From Bdellovibrionia bacterium (GTDB lineage Bacteria; Bdellovibrionota; Bdellovibrionia; Bdellovibrionales; JAGQZY01), in NCBI GenBank assembly GCA_030427805.1, contig JAUICP010000004.1, positions 350,705 through 414,704 of the forward strand: 64,000 nt of DNA, in the 5' to 3' direction. Shown here in pieces: positions 8,858 through 17,901 of the stretch (the stretch's first letter is position 1; each line of letters starts with the position of its first letter). The notes under the pieces are model-generated. The model searched no databases. It was not told where the DNA came from and saw nothing but the letters and a program-made list of their open reading frames with translations. Made by a program: the position numbers and the translations under genes.

Positions 8858-9267
8858 TGAATATTCTATTTTTATGTGTTGCCAACTCAGCCCGAAGTCA
8901 AATGGCAGAAGGACTGGCAAAAGAGATTCTTGGCCCTAGCTTCAATATCGAGAGCGCTGGATCTGTTCCCTCGGGCAAAGTTCACCCAGGCGCGATTCAC
9001 GCCATGAAAAAGCGTGGTTTTAATATCGAAGGTCACTCTTCAAAATCTGTCGATGACCTCCCCAAAGAGTTCTTGGATAATTTGAATTACGTGATCACTC
9101 TTTGTGCCGAAGAGGCCTGTCCGGTGTATATCAGCCCAGCAGAAAAGCTCAAATGGACTTTTCCTGATCCGGCGGGTGTTGAGGAGAGCTTAATTGAGAG
9201 TCGGTTTGACGAGGTCCTCGAGGGAATCGAAAGCAAACTCAAAGAATTCAAAAACACTTTTAATTAA
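8857..9267 (+). CDS. arsC: arsenate reductase, LMW-PTP (thioredoxin-coupled) type
   Basis: The start MNILFLCVANSARSQMAEG contains the CX5R(S) P-loop. A downstream cysteine pair lies in ITLCAEEACP. The ATG shares one nt with the upstream TAA. Confidence 0.85.
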   Translation: MNILFLCVANSARSQMAEGLAKEILGPSFNIESAGSVPSGKVHPGAIHAMKKRGFNIEGHSSKSVDDLPKEFLDNLNYVITLCAEEACPVYISPAEKLKWTFPDPAGVEESLIESRFDEVLEGIESKLKEFKNTFN

Positions 9268-10790
9268 AAAGCAAAACCGAGATAAAAACTCAATTGCTGG
9301 TCATAGGTGAACTCGGCCCCGATGCGAATCGATTCGATCGATCGGTTGAGGTTATAGTGATATTCAATGTAGGAGTAAAACTTCTGATCGAAACCCTCCG
9401 GGCCCGTTTCGAGAAAGACTTCGGTGTTTTTAAAAATATTACCCGTTAAATACCTAAACTGAACGGGCTCACTGAGAAAGTACTGGGCCCGAACACCAAA
9501 TACTCCTAGCACTAGATTGTGGTCACCAATACTCGTATGGGTAAAAATGGACGTATCTAAGCCGAGATTGCTCACTGAATATATTTGCTCAACATCTGAC
9601 AGATCATCAATGGTGGTACCCGCTGGGGGGTTAGGATCTGGATTATCTTTGCCCTTAATCTTGACTTCAAAGTCTTCATAACGACCACAACCCCGAACCC
9701 GCAGGCGCGTCCTCGCGATGAGTCTTCCAATTAAATCGTAATCGATACATGCTTGGCTAAACCAACCACTACCTTCTCCAATTTCAGTAACGATGGGATT
9801 TGGCTCTGGCCCGACATTACTTTCATCGGCAACAGTTGTTCGCGTGTTGCTAAAATAGGAAGAATCCACATCACTCAAGCTTCCGATTGAAAATGAAAAG
9901 TTAATCCTTCTCTTGTCCTTGATTAATTCTTTCCGCTTGAGTTCTTCCTCTGCTTTGATTTTTTCAATTTTTTTCTGATTTTCAATTTCCAGTTGGGCTT
10001 TCACTTCTTTGATTTTAGCTTTTTCTTGGTCGATGAGAGCCTTTTGTCGTTCTTCGACAACGTCATCACATGATTTTTCTAATAGATTGATTTGATTTTT
10101 CGAGACGAATCGAAAGGTCCCCGGTGTCACTTCTAGGGCGACAATGGGGTTGATACTCGGGCCTTGAGTCATGGCCTTAACCGGGTAAAGACTCTTTGCT
10201 TTAAGCTTGCCAGCAGGGCGAGGGCCTTTCTTTCGAAAAACAAAACTATCGATTTGAGAGTTCATTTCAGCACAATATTTTTTTACCGGGCACATCAATT
10301 CCTCAGGAAACTCTACATATTTCTTAAGCATATAGAGTTCTCTTCCCTCATAATCGACGGATACTGCATTTTTATACTTTTGCGAAATACGGTAATTTAA
10401 AACCTGACCGCGGCTAATTTTTGTTTTTTCTCGATCTAAGGTATAGGCGTAAGAGGTTCTTAAAGTAACCAAACAGGGAAGCTCAGTCATTAATACCTCA
10501 GGGCTCTCAGGGCCTTCAGAGGTTGCCTCATCCTCGGACTCAGTTTCTTGACTATCCTCATCGGTACTCGTGTCTTGGTCCTCTTGTTTATCTTCCTCAG
10601 CATCTTCTTCTTCGTTTTCGTTTTCATTTTCAGGGGTTTCGGAGTCTTCTTCTTTGGTGTCACCCTGTTCAGGTGAATCATCTGAGTCCTCGACACTGAT
10701 GACGACATTCATGGCTTTTCCACTGCCGTCTTCGGCGTGGATCAACCAAGGTGATAGTACAATGAAAATGAGTAAAATAAGCTTCTGCAT
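9264..10790 (-). CDS. exported acidic protein with a coiled-coil segment and a probable outer-membrane beta-barrel C-terminus
   Basis: The ATG at 10790 follows GGAGGC. The signal peptide is MQKLILLIFIVLSPWLIHA. A run of about 70 aa is rich in D and E. A K/E-rich helix follows (KAKIKEVKAQLEIENQKKIEKIKAEEELKRKE). The protein ends in ...LSFYLGFAF, an aromatic terminus typical of outer-membrane proteins. Confidence 0.7.
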   Translation of the reverse strand: MQKLILLIFIVLSPWLIHAEDGSGKAMNVVISVEDSDDSPEQGDTKEEDSETPENENENEEEDAEEDKQEDQDTSTDEDSQETESEDEATSEGPESPEVLMTELPCLVTLRTSYAYTLDREKTKISRGQVLNYRISQKYKNAVSVDYEGRELYMLKKYVEFPEELMCPVKKYCAEMNSQIDSFVFRKKGPRPAGKLKAKSLYPVKAMTQGPSINPIVALEVTPGTFRFVSKNQINLLEKSCDDVVEERQKALIDQEKAKIKEVKAQLEIENQKKIEKIKAEEELKRKELIKDKRRINFSFSIGSLSDVDSSYFSNTRTTVADESNVGPEPNPIVTEIGEGSGWFSQACIDYDLIGRLIARTRLRVRGCGRYEDFEVKIKGKDNPDPNPPAGTTIDDLSDVEQIYSVSNLGLDTSIFTHTSIGDHNLVLGVFGVRAQYFLSEPVQFRYLTGNIFKNTEVFLETGPEGFDQKFYSYIEYHYNLNRSIESIRIGAEFTYDQQLSFYLGFAF

Positions 10791-10860
10791 AAAAAAAGAG
10801 CCTCCAAAAGAGAGACTCTTATTTTTTATCATAAAAATGCCGTTCAGACTTCTAATTTAT

Positions 10861-13800
10861 CTAGTCCAAGACATCTGATTCTTTGTTCACAGCCTTGTTA
10901 CAAGGACCAAGAATACTGAGGTTGCCTTCGCAATGCTCACATTCGTTGACGATAATAGGATTGTGAACCTCTAATTCACGTATAAAGTCTAGACCCGAAA
11001 GCCCTTTGTCGCGATTGTCAGGAGACCTCACAAAAGGCGACTCAGAGTTAAATTGAACTCTCTGCCCTGTGTACTTAATACTCTGATCTTTCCACATCCA
11101 GTAGTTCTCAGTAAGCTGAGTCGATGCAAGGCTGACTCTACTCTGAGCCACTTGAGTTGCACCATTGTCTTTACTAAAAGACTTTCTAAGTCCTGGATTA
11201 AAGTCTGCAATATTTCGTGTATTCATTGTTCCGACATCAAAGAGAATCGGACGACCTTGGTTGTCTTCTACGGCGACTTTAATCACACTTTCAGTTTCAT
11301 AGCCAACTATGACCGGACGATTTTCAGCAATTCCACAAGTCTTCTTACAGGAAATTTGCTGGCCTCTGCGATTAAAACATCGATTTTCATAGATTGGCTT
11401 TTCTTGAACTTTAACATATCTTTCTTTGAGGTATGTCTGCATCGAACAGGTATTTTCGATCATCTCGCTCGAAAAGCCTGTCAAATATCTCCAAAGATTG
11501 TTTCTCTGAACGTCTTCGGTCTGCTGCTCGCCATTTTCGTAGTGCCACTCACCTTCGCGGAGCATTCCTACAAGGGTGAACTTCACACAGCTCGGGCGGT
11601 TATAAGCCTTACCATAAGGGCGAGTAGCTCTTAATACCGTTCTACGTGGAATCTTGGCCAAGGTTAAACCAGCTCTTTGCGCCACAATATTATTGTGACG
11701 ACGAATGAAGTTATCATCGGTTGCAGCATCATCTTTACCGATGATCATATGGTTACCGCGGCTCAAGCGAGGTACAAAGCGCTCATGAACATGGCGGTAA
11801 GAAATGTGGTACGCATACCAATCAGAACCGTGCTTAACGAGAACGTCATCATTAATTGGACACATGCCTGAGCGTGCGTCAGTTGGATACGTGTAACGAC
11901 CACTCGTACCCGGCTTAGTACGGTTGCGGGCAACGACCTTAAAATCGAGACCTGGAGACGATAATTCTAGCTCCTTAAGTCTTTGTCCAAATGAAGTCCC
12001 GTAACTAGGATCAATATAGCTTCCACTGGCGATCGAATTGTGACTAAAAGCAAGCCCTAAATTCTTAGGCTGATCAATTTGCCCTGGAGCCTCTGGAAAA
12101 TCTCCATTAGCACGGTGATTCATTCTAAATGTCGATTCGATATAGCGATTCGGAAACAATCTTTCGATAATACCGTAAGGAGTTCCCGCCAGTTTTTCTG
12201 ATGTTGGATCTAAGTTTTCAAACTGAGCAATTCTATCAGAGGTCATATCAGCATAAGGTGCTCCTAAAATAATCGCAGAAGCAGCCGAAGCCATTTGCCC
12301 CATGTACTCATAAGTTCTGTAGTCAGGACCAATCATACGGAGAAACTTCATGATGTTTACCATTAAGGCAATGGCAGCAGGTCGTCCATTGTGACCACAT
12401 TCTGACTGAACTTCAGCCAATACCTCTGGATCCAAGTAGTCTTTGATCTCTAAAAGATCGGCATTCACATCTTGTCCACTGGAATTTTTAATCACAGCAG
12501 AACAGCTATTATCGATATTAATGCTACCCAGAGATTTGATATAGGCTAGTGATATTTTATTGAGTTCTCTAGCGCGATTGAGTACTGCTAACTTCTGTCG
12601 ACAGAAAACCCAAGAGTGTTTCGCCGATTGATAATCAAAGGCATGAAGAGACGAACGGGTTTTCTTATGGCAAAACTGACGCTTGACATCGGCAAATCTG
12701 CGGGTAATCCAAGCCGAGTTAAATGCCACTCTGGCCTCAAGAGCATCCATGATTTCGCCACGAGACTTGTTAAACTGAAGTACAGCAATGTCGATCGCCA
12801 TCTCTTCTAATTTCGCATTTATCTTTTCAAGCTGCTCATTAATTGGAGCTAACTTTCCATCCAATTCTTCACGAATTTCCTGCTGACTCTTTTCAATAAG
12901 AGCAAGAATTTCTTCTTTAAGTCCAGCCGGCACTTCACCCATTTCGCTAACTGCGCGTTTAAGGGCTGCAACATCTCCTTCGACCTGTGATAGTCGAGGA
13001 AGAATATCTGCAATCTGCTCAGAGTGGCTCGCCAATAGAGCGTCGATTGCAGCAAATTTTGACTCGAAGCTTTCTTCAAGCTGCATTAATTTGCTATCAA
13101 GGCTACTCACCTTATTAGATAGGTCACCAACCGCTGACTCAAGACCAGTGACTCGATTATTCATATCTTCAAACGACTGCGCCAGGTCAGCTAACATTTT
13201 TCCATGGGCTGCTTCTAAAGCGTCAAGCTTAGACATAGCCTCATCGTGATTCTTTACAACAGTAATAATAGTATGACATTGAGTGTTCTCAGCCGATTGA
13301 GGATAGAACATAACGTCACACTGTACTTCAGAAACTGGGATACAATCAGGAGCATCGTCATCTGATCCCTGGCAAATCTTCTCTTGTAGCTCCGCCAAGC
13401 GCTTTTGTTGTTCCTGAGAGGCTGTCATTTCATTTCTCATCTCAATCACGAGAAGTTGCGTCACCTCAACATCTGTTTCAAGATCCTTTAAGGCCATATC
13501 GAGTTTTGCGATCTGATCCGTATTCTCTTGAATCATCGCCATGAGTTCTGTTTTCTGCTTTTCTAACTCAGCCTTCAAATTTGCATTCATACCTTCTTGA
13601 TCTGAAAGACGCTTATCAAGAGCGGCTAACTCATCTTGCATCTTTGCAATGGCATCTGAATTGGCCTCGATCTTAGCCATAAGCTCCTTTTTAAGGGCCG
13701 CTAACTTTTGATCCATTTCGAGTTGAAGTGCTTTCTTAGTTTTATCAATTTCATCGGCTAGAGCGGCATCACCATCGGCAATCGCTTTAGCGAGCCGAGC

Positions 13801-14691
13801 TTCCGTCTCTTCTAATTGTTTTTTAACAAGGTCGGTTGCCATTAAGGCTTGCTGATATTTGACATTAATTTCATCGCGCAATTCCTTCGCAAGATCTGCT
13901 AGGGCTTTACTCATATCATTTGAGAGCTTAATCCCCATTTCTTTGCGCTTCATAATCTCTTCTTGAAGCTGCTCTTCGAGGGCCTTTTTAGCCATCTGAA
14001 TCGCATTGTAGAGATCCATGTTTTTCTTTTCTTGCTCTTGCATGAATTTTTCAAAGGCATCACTGAGCTTCTTATGGCGGTCATTGATCGCGTCAATTTC
14101 CTTTTCGATACTTAAAAATCGGGCGTCAGCAAGCTTCACGTAAGCTTCCAGGTCTTCTCTGACATCTCCAATTTCATCTTTTAATTCATCGTAATTATCA
14201 GAAACCTGCTGACTGAGGTCATCGATCTGAGTCTGCAGGAGAAAATCTCTTCTTAAAGACTGAAAAGAAACGACTCTATCTCGTCCTTTAGAAACCGTAT
14301 TTAATAAGACATCGACTTGGGCCAAGGTATCGTTAGCATTTGCTGGTCGATTATCTACTAAAATCATATTTTCGAGAGCATCGGCTTCTTTATTAAGGCG
14401 ATCGCTGACCGTTTGATTTTCAGTATTTTCAGCATCTGAGTCAAATTCAGTATCACCTGTTAGAACCATATTAGATACATCGTAACTTTGAAGTTCGATG
14501 GCTAGGGCTCTGGCCTCTTGAATCAACTCAAAAATAAAGTCTTCTTTAGTCGCGAAAAAGTCAGAATTGGACTGAGGTGCTTCAGAAAAGTTTTTCTGCA
14601 TCCCACAGTTTTGAAATGACAATAATAGACTCAGCAACATTAGAGGAAGCAATAAAGCTTGCAACTTCCGCGTGAAGGATTCGCCACACAT
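10861..14691 (-). CDS. giant exported coiled-coil protein (1276 aa) with a Cys-containing globular C-terminal half
   Basis: The ATG at 14691 follows GGGAGAG. The signal sequence is KLQALLLPLMLLSLLLSFQNC. About 600 aa have heptad-like K/E/L/A/D-rich sequence. About 600 aa of non-repetitive sequence then end in ...NECEHCEGNLSILGPCNKAV. No catalytic motif was recognised. Confidence 0.75.
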   Translation of the reverse strand: MCGESFTRKLQALLLPLMLLSLLLSFQNCGMQKNFSEAPQSNSDFFATKEDFIFELIQEARALAIELQSYDVSNMVLTGDTEFDSDAENTENQTVSDRLNKEADALENMILVDNRPANANDTLAQVDVLLNTVSKGRDRVVSFQSLRRDFLLQTQIDDLSQQVSDNYDELKDEIGDVREDLEAYVKLADARFLSIEKEIDAINDRHKKLSDAFEKFMQEQEKKNMDLYNAIQMAKKALEEQLQEEIMKRKEMGIKLSNDMSKALADLAKELRDEINVKYQQALMATDLVKKQLEETEARLAKAIADGDAALADEIDKTKKALQLEMDQKLAALKKELMAKIEANSDAIAKMQDELAALDKRLSDQEGMNANLKAELEKQKTELMAMIQENTDQIAKLDMALKDLETDVEVTQLLVIEMRNEMTASQEQQKRLAELQEKICQGSDDDAPDCIPVSEVQCDVMFYPQSAENTQCHTIITVVKNHDEAMSKLDALEAAHGKMLADLAQSFEDMNNRVTGLESAVGDLSNKVSSLDSKLMQLEESFESKFAAIDALLASHSEQIADILPRLSQVEGDVAALKRAVSEMGEVPAGLKEEILALIEKSQQEIREELDGKLAPINEQLEKINAKLEEMAIDIAVLQFNKSRGEIMDALEARVAFNSAWITRRFADVKRQFCHKKTRSSLHAFDYQSAKHSWVFCRQKLAVLNRARELNKISLAYIKSLGSINIDNSCSAVIKNSSGQDVNADLLEIKDYLDPEVLAEVQSECGHNGRPAAIALMVNIMKFLRMIGPDYRTYEYMGQMASAASAIILGAPYADMTSDRIAQFENLDPTSEKLAGTPYGIIERLFPNRYIESTFRMNHRANGDFPEAPGQIDQPKNLGLAFSHNSIASGSYIDPSYGTSFGQRLKELELSSPGLDFKVVARNRTKPGTSGRYTYPTDARSGMCPINDDVLVKHGSDWYAYHISYRHVHERFVPRLSRGNHMIIGKDDAATDDNFIRRHNNIVAQRAGLTLAKIPRRTVLRATRPYGKAYNRPSCVKFTLVGMLREGEWHYENGEQQTEDVQRNNLWRYLTGFSSEMIENTCSMQTYLKERYVKVQEKPIYENRCFNRRGQQISCKKTCGIAENRPVIVGYETESVIKVAVEDNQGRPILFDVGTMNTRNIADFNPGLRKSFSKDNGATQVAQSRVSLASTQLTENYWMWKDQSIKYTGQRVQFNSESPFVRSPDNRDKGLSGLDFIRELEVHNPIIVNECEHCEGNLSILGPCNKAVNKESDVLD

Positions 14692-14728
14692 AGATCTCTC
14701 CCATTTTACATTCAACCTAAAATTTCAG

Positions 14729-14759
14729 TCGAAATCTCTTCTACCCATAAAGATTTCGA
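14729..14759. promoter_or_regulatory. operator-like palindrome upstream of the coiled-coil gene
   Basis: A perfect 9-bp inverted repeat, TCGAAATCT (14729-14737) / AGATTTCGA (14751-14759), has a 13-nt spacer. It lies about 40 nt upstream of the start at 14691. Confidence 0.35.
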
Positions 14760-15157
14760 ACTCTTTTCCCAAATACCACGCATAACATGACGAAGAAACG
14801 TGCAGCTGATTAAAGTTTCACAAATCTGCCCAACTTTTGACAGGAGTAAATTATATTCTCAGCATTTTTTTTCTGGAGACTCTCTATTTTAACTTTCAGT
14901 TAAAGCAGAATATCATAATGAGAAATCGTAAATTAGTTCTACAGAGTTCCATTATGATATTAAGAACTTATTCTGAAATTGTTCGATCTTGGAACGGCTC
15001 TTTTGCGACTGTTAAATCTCTAAGAGGTACTAATTTGAGACGCTTTATCGGTCAAATTTGTCACTCTAATTTTGTCTAGAGTTGCATAGACTAAGTGTAT
15101 AGGAAGCAATAAAGCTTCTGAAAATTAATAACAATGTTTACCCTCCAAACCCACTCA

Positions 15158-15189
15158 AGCCAATCACACCCATGATTGGCTTTTCTTTT
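15158..15189 (+). terminator. orphan rho-independent terminator in a long intergenic region
   Basis: The stem AGCCAATCA / TGATTGGCT with a 6-nt loop is followed by TTTTCTTTT. No convincing plus-strand CDS lies upstream. Confidence 0.5.
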
Positions 15190-15362
15190 GCCCAAAAGCG
15201 ATTAGTCTAATTGACTCACCAATTACTATCTAAGATTGAGACGGTTTATCCGCTAAGCACCTAAAATCTCATAAAAATAATTCGGACAAATCTATTAATC
15301 ATTTTTTCGGCCAACTTTAATATTATGATATTGAGGAGAGCTTACGGAAATACGGGGTAGGT

Positions 15363-16847
15363 ATGTCCAAGCACGAAACATTAGTAGAAATTAAAGAGAA
15401 GTTGACCGCTGGCCAAACAGATGAGGCTAACGAACTGTTAAGTAGTATCAAGGTTGATCGACTCACTCGCAATCAAAAATGCGAACTCGCTTCGATCGCC
15501 CGAAGACTGGGTAATCCCGTCTTGGCTTTGAAGTTGCTCAAACCATTTGTCAGAAGTGACAATCAACTCGTTCAACCCAAATCTGACGAAATCCTTGAAT
15601 ACGCCAACGCACTCAGTGCCATTGGCGGAGCTTCGGAGTCAATTAAACTTCTTAATGACAAAAAAGTTCAAGAGGAACTCCCCTTGAGTTACCTCTATTT
15701 AGCCTTTGCACAGATTACGTGCTGGCATTACGAGAGTGCTTTGGATTCACTCAATCAATTTTTGAAGACGGAACCTGCTGACTCCTACCGTTCACAAATA
15801 GCTCGAGTGAATATCATAGCCTGCAAAGTCTCTACAAACCGCTTTGAAGAGGCAAGAGATGACCTGCTCAAACTTCTCCCCGAACTTAAAGGACAAGAGA
15901 AACTGATTCTCTACGGGAACTGCCTAGAACTACTAGGACAGGTCTACTTTCAACTTAAAGACTACTCAGAGTCAGAAAAGGTACTTCTCGAGGCGGCTTC
16001 GATCCTAGAGGGCAAAATGCCCGATTGGATTTACGTGCAAAAATGGCTTTGTCTTATTAAACTCGTTCGCAATCCAGGACAGAAGGAATCAATCGAGGCA
16101 ATAAACGGAGTTAGGGACCTCGCTCGTGAATACCGCGACTGGGAAACTCTTAGGGATATAGATCTATGGCTCGGAGTGCTCGCCGGAAAGAAAGATCTCA
16201 CGGATAAGGTCTTCTTCGGTACTCCGAGGGAAACCTATAAAGATCGTATTGAATTTTTCTCGCCTAATGACACCTCTGAAGTCTTTTGTCGGTGGATGGG
16301 TCCTCGTAATGAGAATCGAAAACAAATTAGTCTTTCTATTTTTTCTGAAGACTGGCGCGAGATGTTCCCTGACTACTGTCTTGAACAAGAGCTTTTTAAA
16401 GTTCTCCTTTCGGACTTCTATCGCCCAGTTGGTGTTACTGAAATATTTTTTAAAATTTATCCGAATGAATACTATCACCCTGTATTTTCAATCAATAAGG
16501 TTAGAGTTCTAGTTTCTCGGTTAAGAAAAGTCCTTACCAAATTAAACTTAAAGATCACAGAAATACCGAGCCAGGGTTACATCCTTGAGTCTGAGGAGCC
16601 TATTGAACTTATTTACTCTAGAGCGGAGCTCCCTCAGGCAATGACCAAAGAGGAATTTTATTCTTTTAAGATTAAAAACGTTTTTCTGACGAACTGGTTT
16701 TCAGCCAAAGAGTTTGCACAAATTCTTGGCTCATCAGACCGGACTTCAAGACGTATCCTCGCCCGTCTCATCGAATCCGGCAGTATTCTTAAAGAGGGTA
16801 AAAACAAAAACGCCATGTATCGAATCAATGAGGCCTTCGCATCTTAG
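15363..16847 (+). CDS. TPR-like helical-repeat protein fused to an OmpR/PhoB-type winged helix and a second C-terminal wHTH; no receiver domain
   Basis: The N-terminal roughly 280 aa consist of helical repeats. The segment LFKVLLSDFYRPVGVTEIFFKIYPNEYYHPVFSINKVRVLVSRLRKVL resembles the OmpR-type effector domain. The C-terminal segment FSAKEFAQILGSSDRTSRRILARLIESGSILKEG is HTH-like. Confidence 0.6.
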   Translation: MSKHETLVEIKEKLTAGQTDEANELLSSIKVDRLTRNQKCELASIARRLGNPVLALKLLKPFVRSDNQLVQPKSDEILEYANALSAIGGASESIKLLNDKKVQEELPLSYLYLAFAQITCWHYESALDSLNQFLKTEPADSYRSQIARVNIIACKVSTNRFEEARDDLLKLLPELKGQEKLILYGNCLELLGQVYFQLKDYSESEKVLLEAASILEGKMPDWIYVQKWLCLIKLVRNPGQKESIEAINGVRDLAREYRDWETLRDIDLWLGVLAGKKDLTDKVFFGTPRETYKDRIEFFSPNDTSEVFCRWMGPRNENRKQISLSIFSEDWREMFPDYCLEQELFKVLLSDFYRPVGVTEIFFKIYPNEYYHPVFSINKVRVLVSRLRKVLTKLNLKITEIPSQGYILESEEPIELIYSRAELPQAMTKEEFYSFKIKNVFLTNWFSAKEFAQILGSSDRTSRRILARLIESGSILKEGKNKNAMYRINEAFAS

Positions 16848-16859
16848 AAGGCCCACCTT

Positions 16860-17750
16860 TTAAAGACTTGGAATTGCGTTAATTTCAGCGAGGTTTTTGT
16901 GATATCTAATTCCTCGATCTTGAAGTTTGGTGATCAGAATCTCTCGCGTCTTAGCTTTCAAAGCCCAAGCCTCAGCAGCATTTTTTGCCCAACCAGCAAC
17001 CCAACATTTGATAGAGTCCTTTTCTAGCTCCATCACCCAAAACGACGGGGCTTCTATTCGATCTAGATAGGGATTTTCCATGGACTCTTTTGCTAATTTT
17101 TTTACGAGCTCAATATCTGAGTCAGGAGCAACAAAGAACTCAATATAAGCCCATTCTTGCTCGTCGGTTTTTGAGAGATTTTCGTACTCTTTGTTGATCA
17201 GTTTGCTATTGGGAATAATCCAACGATTCCAATTCCATATTTTTACGGTCGTATATAAAAAATTGATTCGTTCGACCGTTCCGTACTTTCCATCGACACG
17301 TATGGTGTCATTAACTCGAATGGGTTGAGAAATGGTGAGAACGAGTCCTGAGACTACGTTTTCAATAAAGGGTTTTGCTGCAATACCGATAATTACAGCA
17401 AATGAACCCGCAACTATAGAAATGTAGGCCGCCGGAAGCGTCGGGATAAAAGGAAGTACCAAAAGAAACAGGCCCAATATTAAAATCATTGGAATATAAA
17501 CTTTTCTTATGACATCAAAACGAGATTCTATACTTTGCAGAGCCGCTGATTTTGTAATTGATTCAATGTCTTCGTCGACGGGCGCATCTGTCTTAACCGC
17601 TTCAAAAGCTGCTGTTTCTTTAGCTCGATTGAGACGCGTCGATTCCGCACGTCTTATCACCTTTAAGCCAAAGTTGATAAGGAAGAGTGCGCCTAGAATA
17701 ATTGCGATGACATAAATATAAATGGGTTCGATCTGTAAATACTGGCTCAA
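16860..17750 (-). CDS. small-conductance mechanosensitive channel (MscS family)
   Basis: The MscS core is present: ENVVSGLVLTISQPIRVNDTIRVDGKYGTVERINFLYTTVKIWNWNRWIIPNSKL. The start was set at the in-frame TTG at 17750, which follows AAAGAGGT. The TTG at 17771 has no Shine-Dalgarno site. The start remains uncertain. Confidence 0.8.
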   Translation of the reverse strand: MSQYLQIEPIYIYVIAIILGALFLINFGLKVIRRAESTRLNRAKETAAFEAVKTDAPVDEDIESITKSAALQSIESRFDVIRKVYIPMILILGLFLLVLPFIPTLPAAYISIVAGSFAVIIGIAAKPFIENVVSGLVLTISQPIRVNDTIRVDGKYGTVERINFLYTTVKIWNWNRWIIPNSKLINKEYENLSKTDEQEWAYIEFFVAPDSDIELVKKLAKESMENPYLDRIEAPSFWVMELEKDSIKCWVAGWAKNAAEAWALKAKTREILITKLQDRGIRYHKNLAEINAIPSL

Positions 17751-17901
17751 TTTAACCTCTTTATAAAACAATTGAGAAATCTAATTGAATCCCATATTTC
17801 ATTCTCTCAGATCGAATTTAGCAACCATATTCAGATACCTTTTTTTATGATGATCATTGTCATAGCCTGCATTGCCCGCTTTTTTATGTTTTGCTCTTTT
17901 C

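Noticed and set aside
8153-9267. A complete ars operon
   Set aside because: Only the channel and arsC are present. No arsR, arsB/acr3, arsA/D or arsH is seen within several kb, so I describe it as a minimal two-gene module only.
11053-11634. 193-aa plus-strand ORF, plus several 60-76 aa ORFs inside 10861..14691
   Set aside because: They are antisense to or nested within the long coiled-coil gene. They are low-complexity, with no ribosome-binding sites.
14644-15117. 16-nt direct repeat GGAAGCAATAAAGCTT (14644-14659 and 15102-15117)
   Set aside because: A single 16-mer recurrence is within chance expectation for a 64-kb AT-biased window. One copy is coding, and no further structure accompanies it.
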